DNA of 64,000 bases from Myxococcaceae bacterium. Its GTDB lineage: Bacteria > Myxococcota > Myxococcia > Myxococcales > Myxococcaceae. The notes beneath the pieces are model-generated. The model worked only from the letters and a program-made list of their open reading frames with translations. It searched no databases and was not told where the DNA came from. The stretch lies in the NCBI GenBank assembly GCA_016793725.1, contig JAEUJP010000398.1, forward strand, positions 240 to 64,239. The letters run 5' to 3'. Of this stretch, positions 45,088-53,101 are shown piece after piece. The translations under genes and the position numbers were made by a program. The stretch's first letter is position 1. The number at the start of each line of letters is the position of its first letter.

Positions 45088-47091
45088 TCAGATGATGCGC
45101 ACCGGCTCGCCGACCTCGGGCTTCGCCAGCGCCGCGAGCACGTCGGGCGAGAGCTTCGCCTTGAGCGAGTCAATCATCGCCTGGCTGCCCGCGTAGTCGT
45201 GGTGCTCGGCGTCGAGCAGCGCCTGAATCGCCTGCCGGTCGACGTTCGGCAGGTTGTAGCGACCCAAGAAGCTCTTCCACACCTCGTTGTCGCGGTAGCC
45301 GCCGTCGATGTCGAGCGACTGCGCGAACCCGATGACGGCGTTCAGCTTGCGGTCGACGGCTGGCAGCGTCTGAATGCCCGACGACTGCAGAAAGCGGTTC
45401 AGCTCGTACACACACGTCGCGCGCAGCGCCTCTTCGCTCATGTGCGAGTACGACGCGTTCACCGACATGCGGTACTCGTCTTTGCCGCCGGGGCCCTTCA
45501 CGCGCTCGAACTTCACCACCTCGGCCTCGCCCGCCTTCGGCTCGAACCAGCCCGCTGCAATCACCTTCGAGTCGGGGTTCACGCGGTTGTGCACCGACGA
45601 GAACTCGGACACCGTGTTGAGCACCTGCGCCGCGATGTTGATTTTCGTGCCGTCGAGCGTGTGCGCCGGCCGGTCTTGCCGCACCGGCCGGAACTCGCGC
45701 GCCGTGTCGTCGGCCACGTTGAACGTCGAATAGTTGAAGTGTTTGTCGAGGTAGTCGGCCTGCCCGTCGTTGTCGCGGTCGAGCACGCGCTCGCGCACGA
45801 GCGTCGACGCCGGCGTGACGAAGTTGTTGCGCTCCCACTGGCCGTCGACGCGGTCCATGAACGGGTTGATGTCGGCCCACCCCGCCCGCTTCGCGAGCAG
45901 CTTCGCGAGCCCGTCGATGTCCGTATCGACCGCCGACGAGCCGTACGTCGTCGTCACCTGCAGGTTGGGGAACTTCTTCGCCATCGCGTCGATCTGGCTC
46001 TTGCCGACGCACAGGTTCGAGATGAACAGCTTGCCGTCACCGCCGTCGGCCGTCTGCGGCGCGTTGCGAATCGAGCCCACCTGGTTGTTGCCCCAGTTCG
46101 CGTGCCCGTCGTACCCCATGATGTGCACGCTCGCGTCGTTCAGCTTCGACAAGAGCCCCGTGCTGTTCGCCCCGCGCACCGTGATGCGGAACTTCGTCTC
46201 ACCGGCCGCCGGGTCGTTGAACGCCTTCTCGTAGACCGTCGCGCCGAAGCCCGCGCCGGCCACTTCTTTCCACCCCTTCTGCGCGATGCTCTTCTTGAAG
46301 CCGTCGATGAACTCGGGCCCCACCTGCCAGTCGAGGTTCACCGTCGTGTTGCCGTTCGCGAACCACTTCTCGTAGGGCGGTGCCGCCGGCGCGAGCTTCG
46401 TGATGAACCTGTCGGCCACCTGCTTCGCGTCGCCCGACTGCGCGAGCGGCGAGTTCGAGAGATGGAAGACGAGGCTCGCCTGCAGCCGGCGGTCGGGCTC
46501 TTTTTCAATCATCGCGCCGTACGCCGCCAGCAGCCGCCCGCGCAGCGGCTGCTCGCTCGTGGCCTCGAGCAGGTGCAGCATCGCCGTGCCCACCGACGCG
46601 CGCTGCTGCAGCGACTGGTTCGGGTCGGCCGGCAGCGAGCGCAGCGACACCTCGAGCTGCTCGAACACCTTGCCGCGCAGCGCGGGCGGCGTCGTCTCGA
46701 AGAGGTTCTTCGTCGCGTGGTCGATCAGCTCGCCGGTGCGAAACAGCGCCTCACCGCGCTCGGTCGCGTTCGCGGGCGGCTTGCCGTCTGCGTGCACCGT
46801 GAAGTTGCCGTCGGGCCCGAGGAACACCGGCCGCTGCGACGTGAGCACGTCGAGCGCCACCGCCCCACCCGCCGGCTGCGTCGGCTGCCTGGCGAGCAGC
46901 GCCTCGACCGCCTGCAGCGCCGCCGGCTCGAACGCCGTGCGGTAGTGCGTGATGATGCCCTTCAGCTGCGCCTTCTCGTACGCCGTGACCTTGCCGTCTC
47001 TGGCAATCTTGTCGACGAGGGCTTGCGCGTCGGCGCGGCTGAGAACTCCGTCTTTGGCGAGCGTGTCTGCGGTTCGGCGAATTCCGGGCAT
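45088..47091 (-). CDS. 667-aa hypothetical protein with caspase-like His/Cys dyad candidate and DxDxDG motif, no signal peptide
   Basis: FRITVRG...VHIMGYDGHANWG (His330)...KLFISNLCVGKS (Cys361). DRDNDGQADYLD calcium-site-like motif. Confidence 0.8.
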   Translation of the reverse strand: MPGIRRTADTLAKDGVLSRADAQALVDKIARDGKVTAYEKAQLKGIITHYRTAFEPAALQAVEALLARQPTQPAGGAVALDVLTSQRPVFLGPDGNFTVHADGKPPANATERGEALFRTGELIDHATKNLFETTPPALRGKVFEQLEVSLRSLPADPNQSLQQRASVGTAMLHLLEATSEQPLRGRLLAAYGAMIEKEPDRRLQASLVFHLSNSPLAQSGDAKQVADRFITKLAPAAPPYEKWFANGNTTVNLDWQVGPEFIDGFKKSIAQKGWKEVAGAGFGATVYEKAFNDPAAGETKFRITVRGANSTGLLSKLNDASVHIMGYDGHANWGNNQVGSIRNAPQTADGGDGKLFISNLCVGKSQIDAMAKKFPNLQVTTTYGSSAVDTDIDGLAKLLAKRAGWADINPFMDRVDGQWERNNFVTPASTLVRERVLDRDNDGQADYLDKHFNYSTFNVADDTAREFRPVRQDRPAHTLDGTKINIAAQVLNTVSEFSSVHNRVNPDSKVIAAGWFEPKAGEAEVVKFERVKGPGGKDEYRMSVNASYSHMSEEALRATCVYELNRFLQSSGIQTLPAVDRKLNAVIGFAQSLDIDGGYRDNEVWKSFLGRYNLPNVDRQAIQALLDAEHHDYAGSQAMIDSLKAKLSPDVLAALAKPEVGEPVRII

Positions 47092-47167
47092 GCCCGACAG
47101 CTTCCCAGAATCGCAGGTCTATTTCCGGCGAATTGGAAGGAAAAGCCCGGCCTGGGTCCTCCTTCAC

Positions 47168-48475
47168 ATGCGAATCCCCTCCGCCCTCGTCCCCAGCCGT
47201 ACCTCTTCCCTGACCACCACGCTGTCGGCCGAACGCCAGCAAGAGATTCGGAAGATGCACGAGCTCGACGCCTTCAAGACCATCGTCGCGCCCGAGAAGC
47301 AGCTCGACCACCGCAGCCTCAAAGACCTGCAGCCGAGGCAGCGCGGCGAGCTGCGCGATGCAGGCGGCGCCGTGCAAGAGGCCGATGACCTGCTCGCCGG
47401 CCCCGTCACCGGCCGCAGCGAAAACGGCGCCGTCGTCACGCGCGACCCGCAGAACGTCAACTCACCCGAAGACACCAACCCGCGCAGCGCCCGCCACCAG
47501 GCCGCGAAAGAGCAGGTCGAAGCGAACCGCCGCCTCGAAGAAGAGCGGCTCGCCCAGATGAGCCCCGAAGACCGCGCGAGCTACGAGGCCGTGCGCGCCC
47601 GCTGCCGCGAGGCCAACGACCCCGTCGCCGAGCTCGCCCTGCAGAAGCTGTTGCTCGAGGGCAAGCTGCCCGGCGCGAACGACCTGAAGGGTGAAGGCAA
47701 CCTGCTCTCACATCTCGCGCGCCTCTCAGACCCGAACACGCCGCTCGCCGACGGCGTCGACCGCGACCAGCTCGTCACCGACCTCGTGCAGGAGCTCGCC
47801 ACCCCGACCTCCATCAACCAGGGGCCGAGGGGCACGTGCGCGCCGACCAGCATCGCCGTGCAGCTCGCGATGGAGAACCCCGCCGAGTACGCGCGCATCG
47901 CGGCCGGCCTCGCGAGCCCGTCGGGTGAAGTGCGGCTCGCCGGCGGCGAGACGCTCCGGCGCGAAGACGGCACCGCGGCCGACGACGGGTCGGGCCGCAG
48001 CACCGTGCAGCGCATGATGGGCCCCGCCATGATGGAGATGGGCAACGGCGACCAGAACTACGACTCGGCCACCGACGCAGGCGCCGGCGCCTGGTCGCCC
48101 GAGCTCGACCACCTGTACGAACAAATCATGGGCCGCCCGATGAGTGAGCAGCGCACCACCACCGACGAGCAGCGCGCCGACGCGATGGCCACCATCGACG
48201 CCGAGGTCGCGCAAGGTCAGACCGTGCCGGTCGCGCTCGCGTGGCCCGGCGGGTACCACAAGGTGCTCGTCACCGGCACCGAGACGGTCGATGGCGTCGA
48301 GTACGTGAAGTACGTCAACCCGTGGGGCCGCGAAGAGCGCATGCCGCGCGACGAGTTCGAGCGCCGCATCGCCGACGTGAGCTGGGACCCGACGACACCA
48401 CGCGCCGCCTCGCAGGCCGCAGCCCTGCAGCGCAGCGCCGACCTCTCGCGCTGGCTGTCGAGCGTGGCGGCCTAG
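47168..48475 (+). CDS. Calpain/papain-like cysteine-peptidase-fold protein, no signal peptide
   Basis: NQGPRGTCAPTSIA (Cys224, codon 47837-47839), PGGYHKVLVTG (His364) and YVKYVNPWGREE (Asn384). An alternative start at 47255 is possible. Confidence 0.75.
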   Translation: MRIPSALVPSRTSSLTTTLSAERQQEIRKMHELDAFKTIVAPEKQLDHRSLKDLQPRQRGELRDAGGAVQEADDLLAGPVTGRSENGAVVTRDPQNVNSPEDTNPRSARHQAAKEQVEANRRLEEERLAQMSPEDRASYEAVRARCREANDPVAELALQKLLLEGKLPGANDLKGEGNLLSHLARLSDPNTPLADGVDRDQLVTDLVQELATPTSINQGPRGTCAPTSIAVQLAMENPAEYARIAAGLASPSGEVRLAGGETLRREDGTAADDGSGRSTVQRMMGPAMMEMGNGDQNYDSATDAGAGAWSPELDHLYEQIMGRPMSEQRTTTDEQRADAMATIDAEVAQGQTVPVALAWPGGYHKVLVTGTETVDGVEYVKYVNPWGREERMPRDEFERRIADVSWDPTTPRAASQAAALQRSADLSRWLSSVAA

Positions 48476-48478
48476 CCG

Positions 48479-49801
48479 TTACTGGCAGGCGCCCGTGTTG
48501 GTGTTGCACGTCTGCGGCGGCGTGCACGAGTTGCCCGGCGAGTCGCAGCGTGGCTCGCAGAAGTTGCCACTCGGGTTGCAGAAGAACCCGGCCCGGCACG
48601 TGATGGTCGGGCCGGGCTGGCACGCGCCGAGGCAGAGGCCCCCGACGGTGGGGCCGAGCGCGCCGCCGTTGAAGAGGTACAACACGCACGTGCTGCCCGC
48701 ACCGCACCAGGTGGTGCCGCCGACGGAGCAGTCGGCCGAGCACTCGCCGCCCGGGGTGCCCGAGACGCCGCCGTCTTGCAGCGTCGGCGGAATGCAGAAC
48801 GAGCCCTGGGGGAGCGTGCACTGCGTGTCGTTGGTGCACGGGTCGTGAACCGTCGAGTTGGGGCCACCCGGCGTGCCCGCATCGGCGAGCTCGGGAATGC
48901 CGCCGTCGGCCGTCTGAATCCAACACGCGAGGTCGGGGTTCGCCGACGAGCCGAAGTTGATGCACTGGTAACCAGGCGTGCGGCAGTCGGCGTTGCTGGT
49001 GCACTTCTGCATGCAGATGTTCTCGAGCTCGCCGATCGCGCCGAGGCCGAAGATGCACGTGCCGTTCGTGCCGCAGTGCGCGTCGGAGTGGCACCGCCGC
49101 GTGCAATACCCGTCGCGGTACGCGTACGGGCTGTAGCCCGGCGGAGGCGCCTGCAGCGTCTTGCAGAACGCCGGCTGCCCCGCGGGGCTCGCTGGCAGGT
49201 TGTTGCACTGCGCCGCCGACGTGCACGGCGAACCGAGCGTGCCGGCGTTGGTCGGCGGCGTACACACGCCCTGCACGCAGCTGTTGCCGGCCGGGCACGC
49301 TGCGCAGGCGTTGCCGTTCGTGCCACAGCTCGTCGCCGACTGCGACGCGAACGGCTGGCAGAAGCTGTTGAGCGAGCAGCAGCCCGAGACGCACGGGTTG
49401 CCGCCGCAGGTCATCGCGCTGCCTCCCGCGGTGCCCATGCCGCCGGCCGTATTACCGCCAGCGGTGTTGCCGCCCGCCGTGTTGTTGCCGCCCGCCGTGT
49501 TGTTGCCGCCCGCCGTGCTGTTGCCGCCACCCGCAGTGCCGCCGCTGCCCGCAGTGCCCGAGCCGCCGCCCGTGGAGCCTGCCGTGCAGGTGTTCGACGA
49601 GCAGACCGGGGTCGTGCCGCTGCAGGCGACGCACGCCGCGCCACCCCTGCCGCACGAGGCGTTCGCGGTGCCGAGCTGACAGCGCCCGGCTTCGCAGCAG
49701 CCGTCACAGTTCGCGGGGCCACACGTGGTCGCCGTACCGCTGCACGACAAGACACCGGCCGACAGCGCGGCCGTCAGTGAAACGAGAGCCAGCAGTCTCA
49801 A
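48479..49801 (-). CDS. Cysteine-rich lipoprotein with TAGGN linker
   Basis: TTG start with AAGGGG 8 nt upstream gives MRLLALVSLTAALSAGVLSC. Two CGxxxCxGCC...C..C modules flank the linker, followed by multiple C-x-C repeats. Confidence 0.75.
   Translation of the reverse strand: MRLLALVSLTAALSAGVLSCSGTATTCGPANCDGCCEAGRCQLGTANASCGRGGAACVACSGTTPVCSSNTCTAGSTGGGSGTAGSGGTAGGGNSTAGGNNTAGGNNTAGGNTAGGNTAGGMGTAGGSAMTCGGNPCVSGCCSLNSFCQPFASQSATSCGTNGNACAACPAGNSCVQGVCTPPTNAGTLGSPCTSAAQCNNLPASPAGQPAFCKTLQAPPPGYSPYAYRDGYCTRRCHSDAHCGTNGTCIFGLGAIGELENICMQKCTSNADCRTPGYQCINFGSSANPDLACWIQTADGGIPELADAGTPGGPNSTVHDPCTNDTQCTLPQGSFCIPPTLQDGGVSGTPGGECSADCSVGGTTWCGAGSTCVLYLFNGGALGPTVGGLCLGACQPGPTITCRAGFFCNPSGNFCEPRCDSPGNSCTPPQTCNTNTGACQ
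49420..49580. repeat. Coding tandem repeat (18-nt units) for a TAGGNN linker
   Basis: gttgccgcccgccgtgtt units. The minus strand reads STAGGNNTAGGNNTAGGNTAGGNTAGG. Confidence 0.8.
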
Positions 49802-49851
49802 CGAGGTACCCCTTGAAGAGTGAGGCGCGCAGCCTACGCCAAGCGAGCCGC

Positions 49852-50838
49852 TCAGTGGAGCGTCTTCGCCGCCAGCACCGCCGCCTGCCCCACCAGCGGT
49901 GACAGCAGGTAGTGCAGCCCGCGCCACGGCACGGTGATGCCCGCCGCCTCGGCGGTGCGCAGCATGCCGCCGCGCGACTTCGAGCCGTACAGCGTCGCTC
50001 CCGCGATCGCGAAGCCCGTACCCGACGGCGACAGCCCGAACACCAGCGGCCCCGAGTCGACGTCGCCCGAGCCCTTCACGCCCGGCGGGTACTCGCGCCA
50101 CGCCGCGAGGCCCGGCACCGCGTCGAAGAGGAACACGCGCTCGGCCGCCTCGAACTGCGCGCGCGCCGCCGCCGCGTCGACGAACGGCAGGTAATACGAG
50201 TTCCACCCCGCGCCCGACGCACGCGCGCCGCTGCGCGGCGTGAACTTCAGCACGCCCGACTTCGCGTCGCGCGGCCACCGCGCGAGCCACGCGCGCGCCG
50301 GCACTTCACGGCCGTCGCAGCGCGCGCCCTCGGCGACCGCCGCGAGCGTGACGGCGTTGTCGGGCACCCACTTCTGGTTCGGGTACGTCTCGAGCAGCGC
50401 GTCGGGGGCCTCGCCGTAGCGGCGCTCGAGCGCGCCCAGCACCCGGCGGCGCAGCACCGCGTTCTCGGCGCTGCACTCGAGGGCGAGCAGAAGCCCTGCG
50501 TGCCCCAGGTAACCCGCATGGCCGTCGCCGCCGTCGAGCGTCTGCAGCGCGTCGCTCTTCCACGCCCGCGTGTCGAACGCCCGCACGTCGGCGTCGAGCG
50601 CCCGGCGCGTGAGCCAGCGCAGCTCGTCGGCGCGGCCCAGGTTCTTCGCCGCGATGCCCGCCATCGAGAGCGAGACCAGGTACCACTCGGCGGCGATGAG
50701 GCCATCACCCGGCGTCGTCGCCTTCAGCTCGCCCATCACGTGCTCGAAGCGCGAGCTCGAGTCGTCGGCCGTCGCGCACGCCGAGCAGCCGACGAGCCGC
50801 ACGGCGACGAGGGCGGCGATGACTTTCAGCTTGCGCAT
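49852..50838 (-). CDS. Lipoprotein, hypothetical (helical-repeat-like)
   Basis: MRKLKVIAALVAVRLVGCSAC lipobox, in frame within ORF 49852..50976. Confidence 0.7.
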   Translation of the reverse strand: MRKLKVIAALVAVRLVGCSACATADDSSSRFEHVMGELKATTPGDGLIAAEWYLVSLSMAGIAAKNLGRADELRWLTRRALDADVRAFDTRAWKSDALQTLDGGDGHAGYLGHAGLLLALECSAENAVLRRRVLGALERRYGEAPDALLETYPNQKWVPDNAVTLAAVAEGARCDGREVPARAWLARWPRDAKSGVLKFTPRSGARASGAGWNSYYLPFVDAAAARAQFEAAERVFLFDAVPGLAAWREYPPGVKGSGDVDSGPLVFGLSPSGTGFAIAGATLYGSKSRGGMLRTAEAAGITVPWRGLHYLLSPLVGQAAVLAAKTLH

Positions 50839-50912
50839 GGCAAGAACATGGCGCCTGGCGAAGTGCCGTGGGCTGCAGCTTTCGCGAATGGTCGAGACCG
50901 CGCAGCGAACGG

Positions 50913-52250
50913 TCAGGGCGGCAGCTGGGCAGGGTCGATGAAGACGACGAACGCGCTGCCACCATCGCCCTCGCACAGCAGGTTCGGGCCGTACGCGCCC
51001 CCATCGGAAGGCGCGGAGCAGCTGCCGCCGACCGCGAGCAGCCGCGACCGCGCGAGCCAGACTGCGCTGTTCACGGCCTCATCGCCCGCGTTCTCGATGA
51101 GAAACTTGGAGCCCGCGATGAACGAGCCCTCGGTCGTCACGGGCACCACCATGACGTCACGCGGGTAGCTGGAGGTGTTGCCGAGGCGCTCTGCGCCGAC
51201 CGCGAGCAGCACACCCCCGTCGCCGGTGCTCACCAGCTCGTTCACCTCGTTCAGCGTCGTGCTCATGTCGATGGCGGTCTCTTGAACGAAGCCGATGCCG
51301 CTGGGCAGCAGCTGCTCGATGACCTGGTCCAGCGTGCCCCTGCGGGCGAGGTAGTGGTCGGCACCGTGACGCGCCGAGGGCGGGCGGCCGTTCGAGAAGA
51401 AGTCGTAGGGCGGGAAGCCGAACTGGGTGCGCGTCGCAAACCCGCGCTGAAGCGCGGTCGCCACGGTCAAGCTCTGGCCCCTGTACGTGCAGGTGCCGAG
51501 GTACTGCCCCGTCAGAATTCCGGCGCCCATGTGGGCCGACTGCCGAATGCGGTACGGGGCGAAGTAGCCTCCGTCTTCGCAGGCGCCCACCTGGGGGTAG
51601 TCGTTGAAGCCACCGTCGAGGTCGCCGTCGACGGCGCCGAGAAACGGAGCGTCGCCACCCCACGCGGCGAAGCGCACGCCGCCGTCGTCGTCGATGAAGA
51701 GGTTGCAGGTGCCGAGCTCGAACGGCACGGTGATGGTTCGCGCCGGCATGACGGAGCTGCCGACGAAGACCTGCACGTGGTGCATGGAGCCCGTGTTGGC
51801 GCAGGTGATGGTGGAGCTCCCCAGCTGAAAGGCGCCGACGACGGTCGACATCGAGCTCGAGGTCGAGTCGAGCACTCCTCCGTCGGAGCGCAGTCGGTAG
51901 CGAAGCTGGCTCGAGAGCGAAGTGCCGACCCAGAACACCGTGTCGTCGTCGCCCGCAATTGCCCGGGTGACGACGCCGCTCCGCTTCCACACGCCCACCA
52001 CACCCTGCGGCAACGTCGCTCCGCCGCCGGCTGCGCCGCCGCCCGCAGTTGCGACTCCACCGGCTGATCCACCTCCGGCCGTGTTCGCGCCACCTCCCGC
52101 CGTGGCGCCACCTCCTGCCGTGGCGCCACCTCCTGCCGCACCGCCGTCGCACGTACCTCTCGCGCGGCACGTCGCGTTCGCCTCGAGCTCGTCCCACCGG
52201 TCGCACGCAGCGAGCGCGAGCACCGCACAGCTCAAGGTGCGCTTCACCAC
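50913..52250 (-). CDS. Lipoprotein with TAGGG linker
   Basis: MVKRTLSCAVLALAAC lipobox, then [30 protein letters not shown]. Confidence 0.7.
   Translation of the reverse strand: MVKRTLSCAVLALAACDRWDELEANATCRARGTCDGGAAGGGATAGGGATAGGGANTAGGGSAGGVATAGGGAAGGGATLPQGVVGVWKRSGVVTRAIAGDDDTVFWVGTSLSSQLRYRLRSDGGVLDSTSSSMSTVVGAFQLGSSTITCANTGSMHHVQVFVGSSVMPARTITVPFELGTCNLFIDDDGGVRFAAWGGDAPFLGAVDGDLDGGFNDYPQVGACEDGGYFAPYRIRQSAHMGAGILTGQYLGTCTYRGQSLTVATALQRGFATRTQFGFPPYDFFSNGRPPSARHGADHYLARRGTLDQVIEQLLPSGIGFVQETAIDMSTTLNEVNELVSTGDGGVLLAVGAERLGNTSSYPRDVMVVPVTTEGSFIAGSKFLIENAGDEAVNSAVWLARSRLLAVGGSCSAPSDGGAYGPNLLCEGDGGSAFVVFIDPAQLPP
52015..52150. repeat. Coding Gly-rich tandem repeat
   Basis: gccacctcc(c/t)gccgtggc units, minus-strand (A/T)AGGG. 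Confidence 0.75.
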
Positions 52251-53008
52251 GGCAGCACCCCGCTCACGCTCATCAGCGCGCCGCCGCCCGGCACCGGCGC
52301 CACCGTCGCCGCCGGCGCGTCACGGTCGACCGCGAGCCACACCAGCGCGCCCGCGAGGCACGCGGCCCCGACGATGCCGAGCGTGAGGCCCAGCGGCTGC
52401 GTCACCCGGCCCCGCGCGGCAATGCCGGAAATCTGCTCGACCGCGACGTCGCCCTGCAGCGCCGCCGCATCGACCTTCGACCAGGCGAAGAGGCCCGCAC
52501 CCGCCGCCAGCAGCACGCCGCCGCCCGCGAGCAGCGCGATGCGCGGCACGTTCGCCGGCGGCGCCTTCGGCCCTGGCGCCAGCTTCTCGGCGAACACCTC
52601 GACCTGCTCATCGAGCCACGGCTCGAGCTCGCGCGCGCTCGCGAACCGCGCGGTCGCCGCCACCAGCTCTTTGCCGTCGCTCGCGCGCAAGACCTTCAGC
52701 GTCGCGAGCGTGCTGCTCTCGGTGCGCGTGAACGCGCCCGTCAGCACCGCGTCGACCCCGAGCCCGCCGGCCAGCTCGGCGAGGCAGCTCGAGTCGCCGC
52801 ACCCGAGCAGCTGCTTCTGGCGCTCGACGCCGAGCAGCTGCATCACGTCGCTCCGCGTGCGCACGCTGAGCCGGCCCGGCCGCGCGAGCGACGCCGAGAA
52901 GTGCTCGACGTAGGCGTCACACACACCCTGCTCGAACCCCGTGCACGCGACACCCGGCGCCGCGACGGTGAACGGTGCAGCCGCGAGGAGCGTCACCAGC
53001 ACGAACAC
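52244..53008 (-). CDS. Membrane-anchored hypothetical protein
   Basis: Signal-like N-terminus and two C-terminal TM segments. The stop overlaps the downstream gene start by 7 nt. Confidence 0.6.
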   Translation of the reverse strand: MFVLVTLLAAAPFTVAAPGVACTGFEQGVCDAYVEHFSASLARPGRLSVRTRSDVMQLLGVERQKQLLGCGDSSCLAELAGGLGVDAVLTGAFTRTESSTLATLKVLRASDGKELVAATARFASARELEPWLDEQVEVFAEKLAPGPKAPPANVPRIALLAGGGVLLAAGAGLFAWSKVDAAALQGDVAVEQISGIAARGRVTQPLGLTLGIVGAACLAGALVWLAVDRDAPAATVAPVPGGGALMSVSGVLPW

Positions 53009-53101
53009 GGCCGCAACAAACCACGTTCCATGATGATTTCGTGAAGATCAGATGCGCCCAGGGTGAAACACTGCCAGGCCTCGAGAGGCACTCTCGCCGT
53101 C

